DNA from: Ruditapes philippinarum
Lineage: Eukaryota
Reading direction: 5' to 3'
NCBI RefSeq assembly: GCF_026571515.1
Contig: NW_026862606.1
Location: 124,001-188,000, forward strand
DNA: 64,000 nt
This document shows positions 40,190 through 53,000 of this stretch, piece after piece. The position numbers and the translations under genes are program-made. The notes below the pieces were generated by a model that had not been told where the DNA came from, made no database searches, and saw only the letters and a list, made by a program, of their open reading frames with translations. Position 1 is the stretch's first letter, and each line of letters begins with the position of its first letter.

Positions 40190-42780
40190 TAAGTGACACG
40201 TGCAAGAATAAATCAACAAATTAGTGGAGAACGATACAATTTATGCTAAATTTGGTTTAAAATATTGCATCTGATGAGCATAACAATGCGTGCTAAATAT
40301 ACCTTGTGTGATTTACTAACTAAAATAATAGCTTAAGATATAAACAGATGTGACATGTAGTTTTACCAAAGCACAGGTCAACACCCTGGGACGTTTTGTT
40401 GGATTCGCCTCTATATTCCATACAGTTTTAAATAAAAAGTCCTTTCGTTTATGAAATTGTCCTTATTATATACCGAACAACACTCCCGAACCACGGATAT
40501 ATAGGATCTCACATGAGTTATCATATGTGCAACGTGGCCGCCCAGCCACTGTTACAAAGGGATTCGTCTAAACCTGGCTTGAGGCTTTGATACACTTATT
40601 TCATAATGGAAGCTTGACAACGGAGGCGATAAACATTTAACACGTTTTATTTAACTAGAAACCTTAACAATGAAAATGGTAGCATATTGTAATTATTAAG
40701 AGTAAGTGTATAAGATGGTAATATAACGATAAATGTTCTGTTAAATAACAAGTATCCTTCTGTATATAAAGTTCACGAGTTCCTTCTTACTCTATAAAAT
40801 ACTTCAGTTCAACTTAAGTTAATAAATGTGAAAGAAATAGTCACTTATTTAGTATGTAAGTTATTCCACTGAATGTTTATGTTCAATTTGATATGATTAT
40901 GGTAGTGTCAGTTAGTTAAAAGTCAGCTTGATAACATCTTCACCAGTGTAAGAGAGCAACGTCACTTTATCACGTTATTGTTGATTAAGAATAAAGGTAT
41001 CTAAGTGTTCATCTTTTGTTCATCTCGGCGATTACACTTCTTCTTCTTCCCGGTTTTAAACATCAGTGAAAAAGGAGTACTCTATATATGTAAAAGGTCC
41101 ATAGTTTTTAGTGTTTCTCTTTATTTAAAGTACTCTTCAACAATACTTATATATATATATATATATATATACATGAGATAAGTATCATAAGTTAATCCCC
41201 TTTGACGGGACCGTAGAAATGAGAGGATTTTATTACTGCTTGTAGCACTGCATTGACCGTAGTATGTACGTTAAATTCTGAGGTGTTTGACGATAATGTT
41301 ACTTCCTCAATCTCTCCTGTAACTATAGTGAGGTGGTAGCTCCAAAAGAATAGTATCTGACGGTAATTGGTCAGATAGACGGTAGGGTACCACAAGAAGT
41401 AGTAGAGTATAGATTCTTCTCACAGATATAGTGGTAAACTGCAACTGGACGGTAAAGTAACACTTTGGATATCAACGATGAGCAAATTTCCACACACTTG
41501 TTATATATGCGATGGAATAGTATATAAAAAACCAATCACACTGATGACACTTGTAGAAATAATTCTATTTTAATATATTGACCGATATGGTTTTGTAGTC
41601 GATATTTAACTCGGATGGTATTATATGTTGTTGGGAATTTCAACAGCACCACTTCTTTATTAAGGTTAAAAACAGACTCCTTACTCAATAATTGTTGACG
41701 GTTCTCACATAGAAATTCATTCCTATCGGCGACACTGTAGCACTGTATATATATTTATCCTTAAATGACACTTTACGGTAATTAAAGACATCACACACTT
41801 GCAGAATTATAAATATTTGATTATGGATCAGATTATAAAAGGCACTTATACTGACGGTTATTCACAATAAAGATGACACTTAAGCACAATAAAACACTGA
41901 TGATCCCTTATGTATTTACTTAGAATATAATTAAGATGACGGTAACCAATACTGACGACGTTCCTCTCCGTTGGTAGTAACACTTTACATTAATTATATT
42001 TATGAAGCACTGATATTGATAAGATCATGTGATCTTTATTGCTGCATTAATTTCTTACACATTACCACACTAAGATATTTGTATATCCATGAAAAAGCAC
42101 TGACGGTTATATTGAACACTTCCTTTCGTTTCACATTCACTCACATAACGGCACTTTACCCTTAAAACAGCTTAATAATGACGGTATTTTAATCACTGAA
42201 GCACTGACGGTCCTTATGGTCATTGACGGTACTTTAATCACTTAAACACTGACGGTTGTACTGTTCTGGTCACTGACGGTAATTTCGGACCTTACTTTAG
42301 ATTAACGGTACGGAACACCAGTAGTTGATGGTATTTAAGACATTATTAACACATCCTTTGCTTACCAATTCATACACTTAACGGTACTATAACCGTATAA
42401 TGACTTATAATTGACGGTATTTTATCACTTAAACACTGACGGTTCTTCTGGTCACTGACGGTAATTTCGGACCTTACTTTATATTGACGGTAAAGAACAC
42501 TGACGGTATTTAAGACTTTAAGAAGGAATCGTAGGTGTTGTATATTACCTTACGGTTATGTATAATCGAAGAACTTCTCAGTAGACGGAGGGTGTTGGAT
42601 GACGGTTGACGGTAACGTAGGTTTACATAGTGCAGAAGACGGTTCCTGCCGGGAGACGGTAACCTTATTACGGTTCTTGTACCCTGACGGTTGTAATCAT
42701 AAGGTTCTATACCTGCATCATAACGATGGTATCCGTAATCTTTGAAGATTGCCAACACAAATGGTCCAGAGACTGGCTCC

Positions 42781-42812
42781 GACTATTTATAAGACTGAAC
42801 TCATGACGTCAC
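42781..42812 (-). promoter_or_regulatory. LTR promoter: CRE palindrome and TATA box (second copy at ~44612-44643)
   Basis: Minus strand GTGACGTCATGAGTTCAGTCTTATAAATAG, identical in both LTR copies. Confidence 0.65.
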
Positions 42813-43533
42813 AACAAGTGCTCGCTTCAAATAATTAGTTTTCGCGAGTATCAATTATGGCTGTCTTAACTACTTCTGCCGAAGTTGGCAAAGTCATTTT
42901 GGCTTGTTTTGGAGCTATTTCAAAGTCCACTTGAAGATGTAGATACTAAATATTGTCTTAGAAGCACGATATATAATTAAAGGGTAATTATTTAGGAAAA
43001 ACAGACATATATTTCTTTTATTAACATAAAAACGATTTTGTTTATATGTAAATTCGGTGGGTGGGGTAACGTTATCGCACGTTTTGCACTGTAACTCAGC
43101 TATTCCTTTACTGATTTAGACAAATAAGGTATCGTTGGAATAGTTGTAAGACAGACATCATATCAGAGTATATATCTGATAAATATTTCAATTCTAAGTG
43201 GCTTTTAAGAATTAAAATGTTCATAAAACAGGAAACAATAAGTTTCTGGTATAAATCGACCATTTCTTCTCATTCAATAAATATGGACTTGATAACTTAT
43301 GGTTATATATAAACATTAATTCTTGGAGGTTCGTTACATTGCCCCCTTCTAACTCTGGATTTGGTCCCCAAATTGGTTTGAGGTAAGTATTTAATGAGAA
43401 CACCAAAACTTGAACTTATACCCTTAAATAAACACGAAAAGAAAATGAACATGAACTTTATTTAATTGAACACAGTAACTACGCTTAAGTGTAAGTGTCT
43501 TCTTTTTCATGGTTTCACAGTTTGTGTAATGAG

Positions 43534-43896
43534 TCACTGATGAGCTGTGTACGTCCACCTCGGAAAAGCTAGGGGTGATACTACTGTTAGTTGTTCTAAT
43601 TTTGACACGATAGCCCTCTGAAGAGCACCTAGTTCGTAGTATTGGGCCTCCTGCAAACACTCCAATAGTTGACCAATAGTGTCTGGTAATGTTCTGGTGT
43701 CGGTGAACAATCTGTTTCTAAGATGGTTTATTACCATTCGAAAATGGGTGGGATCTCTATCGAATGTTAGGGTCCTCGACTCCCCCAATTCCCCATTTCT
43801 CAAAGACAGCGCAAACAGACTGGTTTGATCTAATGTTAGAGTTTGAATACTTGTTTCATAGTATGTGCCGCCTATGTTAAGAAAAACTCTATCCAT
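43534..43896 (-). CDS. KCTD-type (T1) BTB/POZ domain protein within the LTR element
   Basis: MDRVFLNIGG.YYETSIQTL...FDRDPTHFRMVINHLR...LP...EAQYYELGAL fits the KCTD BTB consensus. Intronless, no stops. The frame is open upstream to the deletion breakpoint. Confidence 0.85.
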   Translation of the reverse strand: MDRVFLNIGGTYYETSIQTLTLDQTSLFALSLRNGELGESRTLTFDRDPTHFRMVINHLRNRLFTDTRTLPDTIGQLLECLQEAQYYELGALQRAIVSKLEQLTVVSPLAFPRWTYTAHQ

Positions 43897-45826
43897 TTCG
43901 GAGACACTATATCCCCTTAAAGTGGTGTCTGAAGTTAGTCTATCCTCTTTAGTATCGGTGGCTTCACTCACATAACGGCACTTTACCCTTAAAACAGCTT
44001 AATAATGACGGTATTTTAATCACTGAAGCACTGACGGTCCTTATGGTCACTGACGGTACTTTATTCACTTAAACACTGACGGTTGTTCTGGTCACTGACG
44101 GTAATTTCGGACCTTACTTTATATTAACGGTACGGAACACTGACGGTATTTAAGACATTATTAACACATCCTTTGCTTACCAATTCATACACTTAACGGT
44201 ACTATAACCGTATAATGACTTATAATTGACGGTATTTTATCACTTAAACACTGACGGTTCTTCTGGTCACTGACGGTAATTTCGGACCTTACTTTATATT
44301 GACGGTACAGAACACTGACGGTATTTAAGACTTTAAGAAGGAATCGTAGGTGTTGTATATTACCTTACGGTTATGTATAATCGAAGAACTTCTCTTTGGT
44401 AATGAAGATCAGTAGACGGAGGGTGTTGGATGACGGTTGACGGTAACGTAGGTTTATATTATGCAGAAGACGGTTCCTGCCGGGAGACGGTAACCTTATT
44501 ACGGTTCTTGTACCCTGACGGTTGTAATCATAAGGTACTATACCTGCATCATAACGATGGTATCCGTAATCTTTGAAGATTGCCAACACAAATGGTCAAG
44601 AGGCTGGCCCCGACTATTTATAAGACTGAACTCATGACGTCACAACAAGTGCTCGCTTCAAAGAATTAGTTTTCGCGAGTGTCAAATATGGCTGTCTTAA
44701 CTACTTCCGCCGAAGTTGGCAAAGTCATTTTGGCTTATTATGGAGATATTTCAAAGTCCACTTGAAGATGTAGATACTAAATATTGTCTTAGAAGCACGA
44801 TATATAATTTAAAGGCAATTATTTAGGAAAAACAGACATATATTTCTTTTATTAACATAAAAAAGATTTTGTTTATATGTAACTTCGGTGGGTTGGGTAA
44901 CATTATCGCACGTTTTGCACCGTAACTCGGCTATTCCTTTACCGATTTAGACAAATAAGGTATCGTTGGAATCGTTGTAAGACAGACAGCATATCAGAGT
45001 ATATATCTGATAATTCTAAGTGGCTTTTAAGAATTAAAATGTTCATAAAACAGGAAACAATAAGTTTCTGGTATAAATCGACCATTTCTTTTCATTCAAT
45101 AAATATGGACTTGATAACTTATGTTTACATATAAACATTATTTTTTTGGAGGTTCGTTACATATGATATAAGATTTTATTAAACGAGCTCAAGAAAATGT
45201 TATATAGCGAGCCTCGGACGAGCTTTATAACATTTTCTTGAACGAGTTTAATAAAATATTTTATTTTTTGACAACGAATGTGAGATTCGTTTTATCACAT
45301 GAGTTAAAACATAAAAATAAAACATAGAAAATAAACCCTTTTTAACGCTATGAATACGCACGCTTTTCACGCCTTTTTTCTATATGGAATGTATTGGCGG
45401 AAATGAGTCACGTCAAAGTTATATTACACGTGTTAAATATAAAGAAATTCGTAATGATTATATTACATGAAAAACAAGCGATGTCATGTGATAAAATCAG
45501 ATCTAGCAAATTCAACGATAATGCTACCAAGACCCGTATCTATATTCACACAAAAGTAAAAACACTCTAGAGGCCACATTTTTATACGAATCTTTATAAA
45601 ATTTGGTCAGAATGCTAGTTAATTCGAGTGAGTTTAAAACTGAGTCATGTTAGGTCAAAATTAGAAGTATGTCCGTCCGTCTGTCCGTTTGTCCGTCCGT
45701 CCGTCTGTCTGTCTGTCTTCCGGTAATGTCAAACATCCCCGGGGACGTAGACATGGTTGCGCTTCAAAATCGCAAGAAGGTTTAAAGAGTAGTTTAAAAA
45801 GATTTAAAAGAATGTTTAAAAGGGTT

Positions 45827-46485
45827 AACTAGAAATACATTCTGCATGCCCACGGGCAGAATGTCGAGCCCGCTTTGTAGGTTTAAATTTTCACAGAAAG
45901 ATTCATAATGGACATTTGTGAAGATGAAAGAATGATAATGACCTTGACCTTTGATATTGTGACCCCAAAAACAATAGGGGTCATTTACTCAATATGGGTG
46001 ATCATCCTATCAGGTTTGGCAGCTGAAGGTTGAACAATAATTAAGTTATTGAGCGGAAACCGTTTTCAGTTTTAAGGTCTATGTAACCTTGAACTTGTTA
46101 TTTGACATTTGACCTCTAAGTGTGACCTTGACCTTTGCCACAGAGACCTAAATTTTTCGCGCGACACACCGCCTTGCCATGGAGAACATTTATGCCAAAT
46201 TATATTAAAATCCCTCCATCCATATAGAAGTTATGCTCCGGACACGGATTTTGCGCCGACTCCAAGTGTGACCTTGACCGTTGACGAGCGGATCTGGGTG
46301 TTGTGCGCGACACGTCTTCTCATTAAGGTAAACATATATCTCAAGTTATTTTGAATTCCTTCAAAAAATGAGCGAGATATAGGCCGGACAAATCCGGACG
46401 GACGGACGGAATACGCACATACACCGAACCAAACTGCCAAAAGTGGCGACAAAGTCGAGCTCACCGCAAGCGGGCTCGACAAAAA
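45827..46485 (+). mobile_element. Non-autonomous Helentron/HINE-like element
   Basis: AACTAG start, subterminal IR GTCGAGCCCGC / GCGGGCTCGAC, TGACCTTGACC cores, (GGAC)n and a 3' hairpin. Confidence 0.8.
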
Positions 46486-46499
46486 TCAGGGGGCTGTAC

Positions 46500-46650
46500 A
46501 ACTAAGGCGAGACATGTTCAATGCTAGATATAGCTGCACTGAACTGCTCAGGGGTAGGGAGGAGGGCAACAGTAAGTGGTAGGTTGTTCCAATGGTACAC
46601 AGTCCTGGGGAAGAAAGAAAATTTATGATAATAAGAGGTTGCTGTAATTA
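46500..46650 (-). mobile_element. CR1-type LINE 3' fragment
   Basis: Encodes HKFSFFPRTVYHWNNLP...HVSP*, a typical CR1 ORF2 C-terminus. Confidence 0.7.
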
Positions 46651-47120
46651 ACCTGTGACTTAGATCTATTGCATGAATTGTTTATCCTTTTTGTGCTAAA
46701 TGATTTCTAAAACCACTTTTCGAATGGTCATGAAAAGAAAAAAAGGTTATTCATCATTGCTAGTTTCATTAGTTTAACTGTGTGGGACGTTTAATCACTT
46801 TACAACTTTGATGACTACGAAAATGATTCAAACCACTAACAAACACTTGTCACTTACAGTGCACTTACAGTGATTCTGCTTGTATAATAAATAATTATTT
46901 GAATTCAATCGCAGAGAGGTTTAAATAATTGACTCATAATCCAGGTGCCCAGATTCGATTCCCAGGCGAGGAAACTATCGAAGTATGTTACATCAGATCA
47001 GGAGTTCTTTATCGCGGAGTCAATATGTTATATAAAATAATGACTAGGGTCATTATTTTATATAAAATAATGACCGGGGGTCATTATTCTATATGGGGTC
47101 ACTTTACAACGTTACACCTG

Positions 47121-47752
47121 CCCGGTTTGGGGCTTCACTAAGTCCAAAGAGTTAGAACGTGTACATCTCAAAAACTGTAAAACGATTTTGGGCGTTAAAT
47201 TTAGTACAAGTAACGTATCGGTCTACGGGGAATTAGGAGGTATCCGTTATTTATCACTAGGTACACACATATAATAAAGTATCTGTTTAAATTACTGAAC
47301 ACGGATAACATTATGTTAAAATGCATTTACGAAAAGGCCCGTGACAAATGTGAAAATGGCACAAATATCTGGCCATGTAAAATTAAAAAACTGCTTGCGG
47401 TACTTCCCGAAATATGGAATTTTCCCGATAGTGTATTGTTGAAACAGTTTTTACCTATTTTTAAACAAAGACTTATTGATTGTTATTTACAAGAATGGCG
47501 CGCAGATGTATCTAGTAATGGTGTGCTTAGTCATCTATATTCATACGTAAAAGAACAGTTCTGTTATGAATTATATTAAGATAAGATTAATTGAAAAGCA
47601 TGTAGAAACGCTCTTATACGCCTTCGAGTGTCCTCCCACAGACTTAGAATTGAGTCCGGAAGGTATGGTCGAGGCCGTGTAGAATGCCACGAAAAACTTG
47701 TCAATTATGTGATGCTAACGAACTCGAAGACGAATATCATTTTGTTTTACAA
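47121..47752 (+). mobile_element. RTE-X-like LINE, right part (continues the 26330-29067 element)
   Basis: Reading resumes CPVWGFTKSKELERVHLK, then RLRVSSHRLRIESGRY and EDEYHFVL. Confidence 0.9.
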
Positions 47753-48139
47753 GACTCATGCAGGCGTCACACTGTCCCGAAATTGACACTAGATTGACAT
47801 ACGAATATGGAATTTTTAATTTCATGCGAAGATAGCCCCGAAATTGGTCGACAGTCTCTCAACAGCCGAAACAAGTTCGATTCCTACAGAAGGTCACACG
47901 ATCGCATCCGAGTCACACACGTTTCCTACCGAAGGTCACGCGATGGCATCCGATACACACACGAAGTCATCTCAAAGACGCAATTTTGTACAAAGCAGTT
48001 TACCAGCAGGACACGCAAATGTCACAGGATAGGTACACGACGTCGTATTTTGAGTAAGATGCCTTCTTACGTGGATACGAAGGCGTTAAGTGACCTTAGA
48101 TTTATTTCGGCAAAGGAAGCATATACATAGTTGACAATA

Positions 48140-49402
48140 TAACATAGGATAAAATAATGAGCATTATTAAATACTATATCACATACGAGTAAAACTATGA
48201 CATGCTCACCAAAACCAAGGATAGCACAAAAAAGGGCAAAAAAGCTCTTATTTCCATTGTGGTCCTTTGTATTGGCGGCATGACATAGAGAGGCAAACCT
48301 ATATATATCATCATGTTTTAAAATACTAATAAATCATAAAAATGTATATCACAGTCAAATCTTGAGTTAATGATACTCCTGTTTTCAGCTAGTATTTAAA
48401 ACACATTATTAAAATTGTAATAAGATAAATGGCAGACAATTTAAAATCCTGAGCCGAAATATGTAAAAACATGTTTAAAATTTTTTTTAAATACTGTTCA
48501 TAAGATGACTTTTGATGGCAACCTTAAAACTTTGTAATCTGTTGATCTCCGTTAACTTTACAGGTAAATCATTCCATAATTTAATACCAGAGAAAGCAAA
48601 TGATTTAGAACCCTGGCCTTTGACCTTAGGTAGACAATATCCACCCTTTTGACTAAGTCTTGTACTATAATTATGAATGGAATCTTGTGAAATAAAGTGT
48701 TCATACATGTAATCCGGAGATAGGCCATTTTTTATCTTAAAAACATGACACAACATTATCTGTTCAACTCTTTTGTGGACCGGTAACCAGTTAAGGGACT
48801 TAAAGTGGGATGGGTCAATGTGGGCTCTAGAGTCCAAGTCAAGTACAAATCTCATTATTTTGTTTTGACAAGTTTGTAACTTATTTTTAAAAGACTGTGT
48901 CAAGCTATTATACCAAACAGAGCATGCGTAATCATAGTGACACTGAATAAGAGACATAACCAGAAGTTTCTTGGTATGCTGAGTAAGAAACTCTTTCTTG
49001 CGGTAAAGAAATTTTAACCGAGAGTTGGCCTTCTTCAGAACAGACTCGGCCATGGCGCAAAATGACAAATTTTGGTCTATAGTAATCCAAAGATACTTGA
49101 TAGATGAAGTTGATTCAATGGATGTACCAGAACAGGTTATATGCAGGTTAGATTGTGACCTAAGTTTTTGCCTGGACCCAAATAAAATTGACTCGGTTTT
49201 ACCCAAATGCAATGACAACTTATTGTCCACTAACCATTGGCTGACCAATTCCATATCATCTGTCAATGCCTTTTCAACAACAGATAAACTTTTACCAGAT
49301 ACAAGGATACCAGAATCAATCGGCATACAAAAGCAATTTATTTTTGACCACAGCTGACATATCATTTACATAAATTAAAAAGAGAAGGGGTCCAAGGATT
49401 CA
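48140..49402 (-). mobile_element. L2-clade LINE, 5'-truncated
   Basis: ILGPLLFLIYVND, LYAD(+1 nt)D, NKLSLHLGKT, LNWLP, HNYSTR and LWNDLP motifs (ORF 48487-49365), plus a 3' UTR. Confidence 0.9.
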
Positions 49403-49544
49403 TCCATCTTCGGGTGGTATACAACCCACGGCCAACCGCGGTAAATTTCAATTGCAGATAGTATTGGGAGCTTATATAACTGCGTTTAAACTCTATTTTA
49501 TTTTGGCTCTTCATATTTTTATCAAAAACAATTCACACAAAAAC

Positions 49545-50050
49545 ATATGATACAAGTGATGACTTTGATTATGGTATAGTAAACTATTCATGCACATTTA
49601 GATGGAGACGTGCCGCATGGAACATCTGACTGGGTATATTATATATCTCAGTAAATTAGATTTGGTAGAGCTTTTAGCAACGTGAGGGATTTTAACAAGC
49701 AAAAAATTTTCATTACTAGCAAGCTACTCAAACAGGGCTACCGCTATTATAAATTACGTAAATATTTTACAAAATTTCACAATCGTAACTTTGATTTAAT
49801 CTCAAAATTAAGTAGTGATTCAAAAATGATTTTAATGGAGATGTTATTTACAAACTTTGCAAGATATTTGGTCATTGTAATTTTTCTGTTGCCTTTACTG
49901 AAATCATTAAACGTTTAACCAAAAGAGGTTTTGACCCTTCTTTTCTTGGATATACCGCATGCTTAGTTTTCAACACTTTAATGGTTGGTCCTTTCCTCTT
50001 TTGATTACATCTGACGGACCAAGTGGGATACTCTATGATGGACAGTTCTT
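49545..50050 (+). mobile_element. Penelope-like element RT C-terminal remnant
   Basis: Degenerate YD..DDFDYGIVNY..LDGDVP..G...YISQ*IRFGRA..DFN...LLKQGY motif. Confidence 0.65.
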
Positions 50051-53000
50051 TATGCCCTTTGGTACTGAATTGCCTTAATTTTCATCTTTTGCCTTGTACT
50101 TATGCTGCTGACCGGTCCAAGACGGTCCCCTTCTTTGTTCCTCAGATGTATCTCTTTGTTGCTTCATACTGTTTTTGGGACACTTGTCGTTTATTTGTTT
50201 TCTTTGATTTCCTTGTCATTTACCATTATTTCGTCATATGTATCATTTAAGTGAAAAGCCTATCCGTACTCTACCTTTTACCCTGTCCAATTTTCTGGGG
50301 GGTTCTCTTGTGTTACTTGGTTCTTGTTGCTGGGTCGTGTGGGGGTTGCCCTCATTGAATGCTGCCTTTCCTTGTTGATCTTGTTTATCATATTTGATAA
50401 AACTTTAGCATGCCACCCAAGGTGGGCCTGAGGGCCTAATCATATTTTCTAAGGTGTCTTTAAAGTAGCAATGCTGCTGCTTTCTTTTTCTCGGTAGTCT
50501 CATTATCAAAGCATGTAATTCAGCAGGAAATAAACTGAAAATAATTGTAAATCAATTGCAAATAATGGAAGCTTTTGATGTTTCTGTAGAGATGTACAAG
50601 ACTGACAGATGAGGAAGATGGTCTTGCCGTTTATATGTCCACCATTGTAAACATGCAAAGCTTGAGACACTAAAAATTGACTTCTTTGTCCTCATCGTGG
50701 TCCCATCTCGATGACATCGTACCAAAATACGATGGTGACACGACGGTATTGCGGGCCTTCACGTAGTCGTGTTCCCTTTTTAAGACTATCGGGAATCTTC
50801 GTGTTTACTTCGAATTGTCTTTTTGAGGCTAAAAATGCCAGATTGCATCGCTGATCACACGAAGAAACACTACACGATTTGACAAGATGGCTTCACAACG
50901 GCCTTACGAAGGGCAAAATTGACATACGAATTCAACACGAAAATGAACATTCGCAATGTTTTCGGGCAATTTTTTGGCATGCCAAAAATTTTGGCACCGC
51001 TCACGAAGTTGCTGCTGGAGCTTGTAATATTCAGCCGGGGATCATACGATGGCAAAAGATGCCTTCATGAATGGCACGATATTATTACGATCAGATTCGA
51101 ATTTGAACATTTCCTTCTTCGTGTGTCCATCTGATACCGAATACGGGACAGTGTGACGCCTGCATCAGAAATGGACTACAGATGGTCACGTAATCGTTTC
51201 CGATCCACACACGATTCATACCGAAGGTCACGCGATGGCATCCAATCCACACACGAAAGTCAACTTAAAGATGCAAATTTTACCAAAAAGGTTACCAGCA
51301 GGACATGCGATAGGGAAACAACATCGTATTTGATTACGATGAGTTCGAATATGGTCATGAAGGCGTCATGTGACCTCCGGGTGGTATAAAACCTTTAACC
51401 AACAGCGGCCAATTTCAATACCTTATAGTATATGGGAGCACAACTAAACATTATTTCAAAATTGATTGAACTTTATCTTGCCACCCAAGGTGGGCCTGTC
51501 AGAGTTGCTCATCATGTTTTCTAAGGTCTTTCAAAAGTAAAATTTACTGCAGTTCACATATATACTAAAATGATGAAGTTCGACTTTTTTTCGGTTCCAA
51601 ATATGTTAAAAATTAACTTCATTGTTTCAAACAATATTGCAAATACTGTCAAAATGTAACTGCATTGTACAAATATGTAGGAGAAGACCTTCATAAGCTT
51701 TATAGCTTTCAACTCTAATCCTTTTTCATTCGTGTATCTACTTATTGTAAATGTATTAACAACATGTTGTATTAATTGTTTTAGAAATAAACTATGTTTC
51801 AACTAAAGTGATGAACAAAACAAGCAAATCATGCTCTTTCAGTTACCAATTCTTCTTTTCATATTTATGACAGGAAACATTTTACATTGTTTACAATAAA
51901 AAACAAAAAACATAAACATAGATTATAAATAAATTACAAAAAAGCACAGTCGTGATATGGTTATTACATATAAAAAAGTGACAAATATTTTCATCTTAAT
52001 AGAATAGATAGATTGACAAAATGTTACGAATGCCAAATTTTGATTCCAGATATATTTTTTATTGATTTTTTTAGCAGTTGGAAGGGGGTTTATCAAAATG
52101 TTATATATTCTTTTTGTCTTAAACAGCAATTATTAAATACATGTATATGAAGCTGATCAACTTTTCAAAGTCATATTAAAGTATACAAAAGAACCATATC
52201 CAACGGCCAAACATGAAATAGATCAACAATTTATGGTGGCTCATTTGTGTTATTCGTGTTTTTCGCCCCGCGACTATAACACTTGTGATTAAACCATTTT
52301 TTTTTATCTTTTGGCAATTTACATAACATAACATTATCTTTATTTCTCTCAAAATTTATAAATGATATAATCATTCGAGGCTCGCAAAAGGTGACACATA
52401 AAACATGTTAATCGATAATTACAAGTCAAGAACTATTGCGATATAAATAACATACGTATTTTCAGTGAATAGTTAAGTTTTTATCTTTTGATTAATACAT
52501 TTAACAAATTTACACAATTTGAGAAATTTAGATTTGTTTTTAGTACATAAACTCATAAAGTGAAAATTAACATGTTTAAATCGCGGGTACGCGGTGCGAA
52601 AACACGCTTATTAGCGGGGGCTCTGCATCCCCGCCGTTTGTTTTTTGTTTGATTTTTTTTCTTAAATCTCGCACCGCGACCCCGCGGGGCGAAGTTTAAT
52701 TACTTTTTAACGAAAACTGGCTTATTAGGACCCTGCAAATAAGCGTGATTTTGCACCGCGCGCCTGCGATTTTAACTTGTTAATTTTCGACTTACAGAAC
52801 TGAACAGACATTATATTTGTGACTTGTACCTAATACATCGTCTTGCAAATATATATATATTATACAGTATATCATGTCACATGGTTATGTTTACACTTGA
52901 AAAGTATATTGATTGCACAATAATACATACTAAGTAAAACAAAGCAGGAACAGTATTTGAGATTTGTGCAAAAGTAATTCATCATACAATAAACACATAT

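Larger units (their letters stand above)
40528..45161 (-). mobile_element. Internally deleted LTR retrotransposon (Gypsy-like termini)
   Basis: TATG TSD on both sides; minus-strand termini TGTAACG...CGTTGCA. Direct repeats 43963-45161 and 42136-43338. Purine tract AGAGTTAGAAGGGGGCAA directly precedes the second TGTAACG. No gag/pol remains. Confidence 0.85.
29068..47116 (+). mobile_element. Ginger1-type DNA transposon (~18 kb including nested insertions)
   Basis: ~70-bp TIRs TGTAACGTTGTAAAGTGACCCC...AGAATAATGACCCC, a 4-bp TSD CATG/CCTG (one mismatch), and an internal spliced Gypsy-like integrase with an OTU domain and no RT. Confidence 0.92.
47759..51164. mobile_element. PIF/Harbinger-like non-autonomous element with nested retroelements
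   Basis: Perfect TIR TGCAGGCGTCACACTGTCCCG and a 3-bp TCA TSD. A partial extra copy of internal sequence lies at 51177-51545. Confidence 0.85.

Noticed and set aside
42100-42700. CRISPR-like repeat-spacer appearance of the CACTGACGGT array
   Set aside because: The repeats are too short and irregularly spaced, the context is a eukaryotic LTR, and there are no cas genes.
42510-44589. Duplicated ORFs MLAIFKDYGYHRY... in both LTRs
   Set aside because: They start at a non-ATG codon, diverge by a frameshift between copies and have no recognisable domain. They are probably non-coding LTR sequence.
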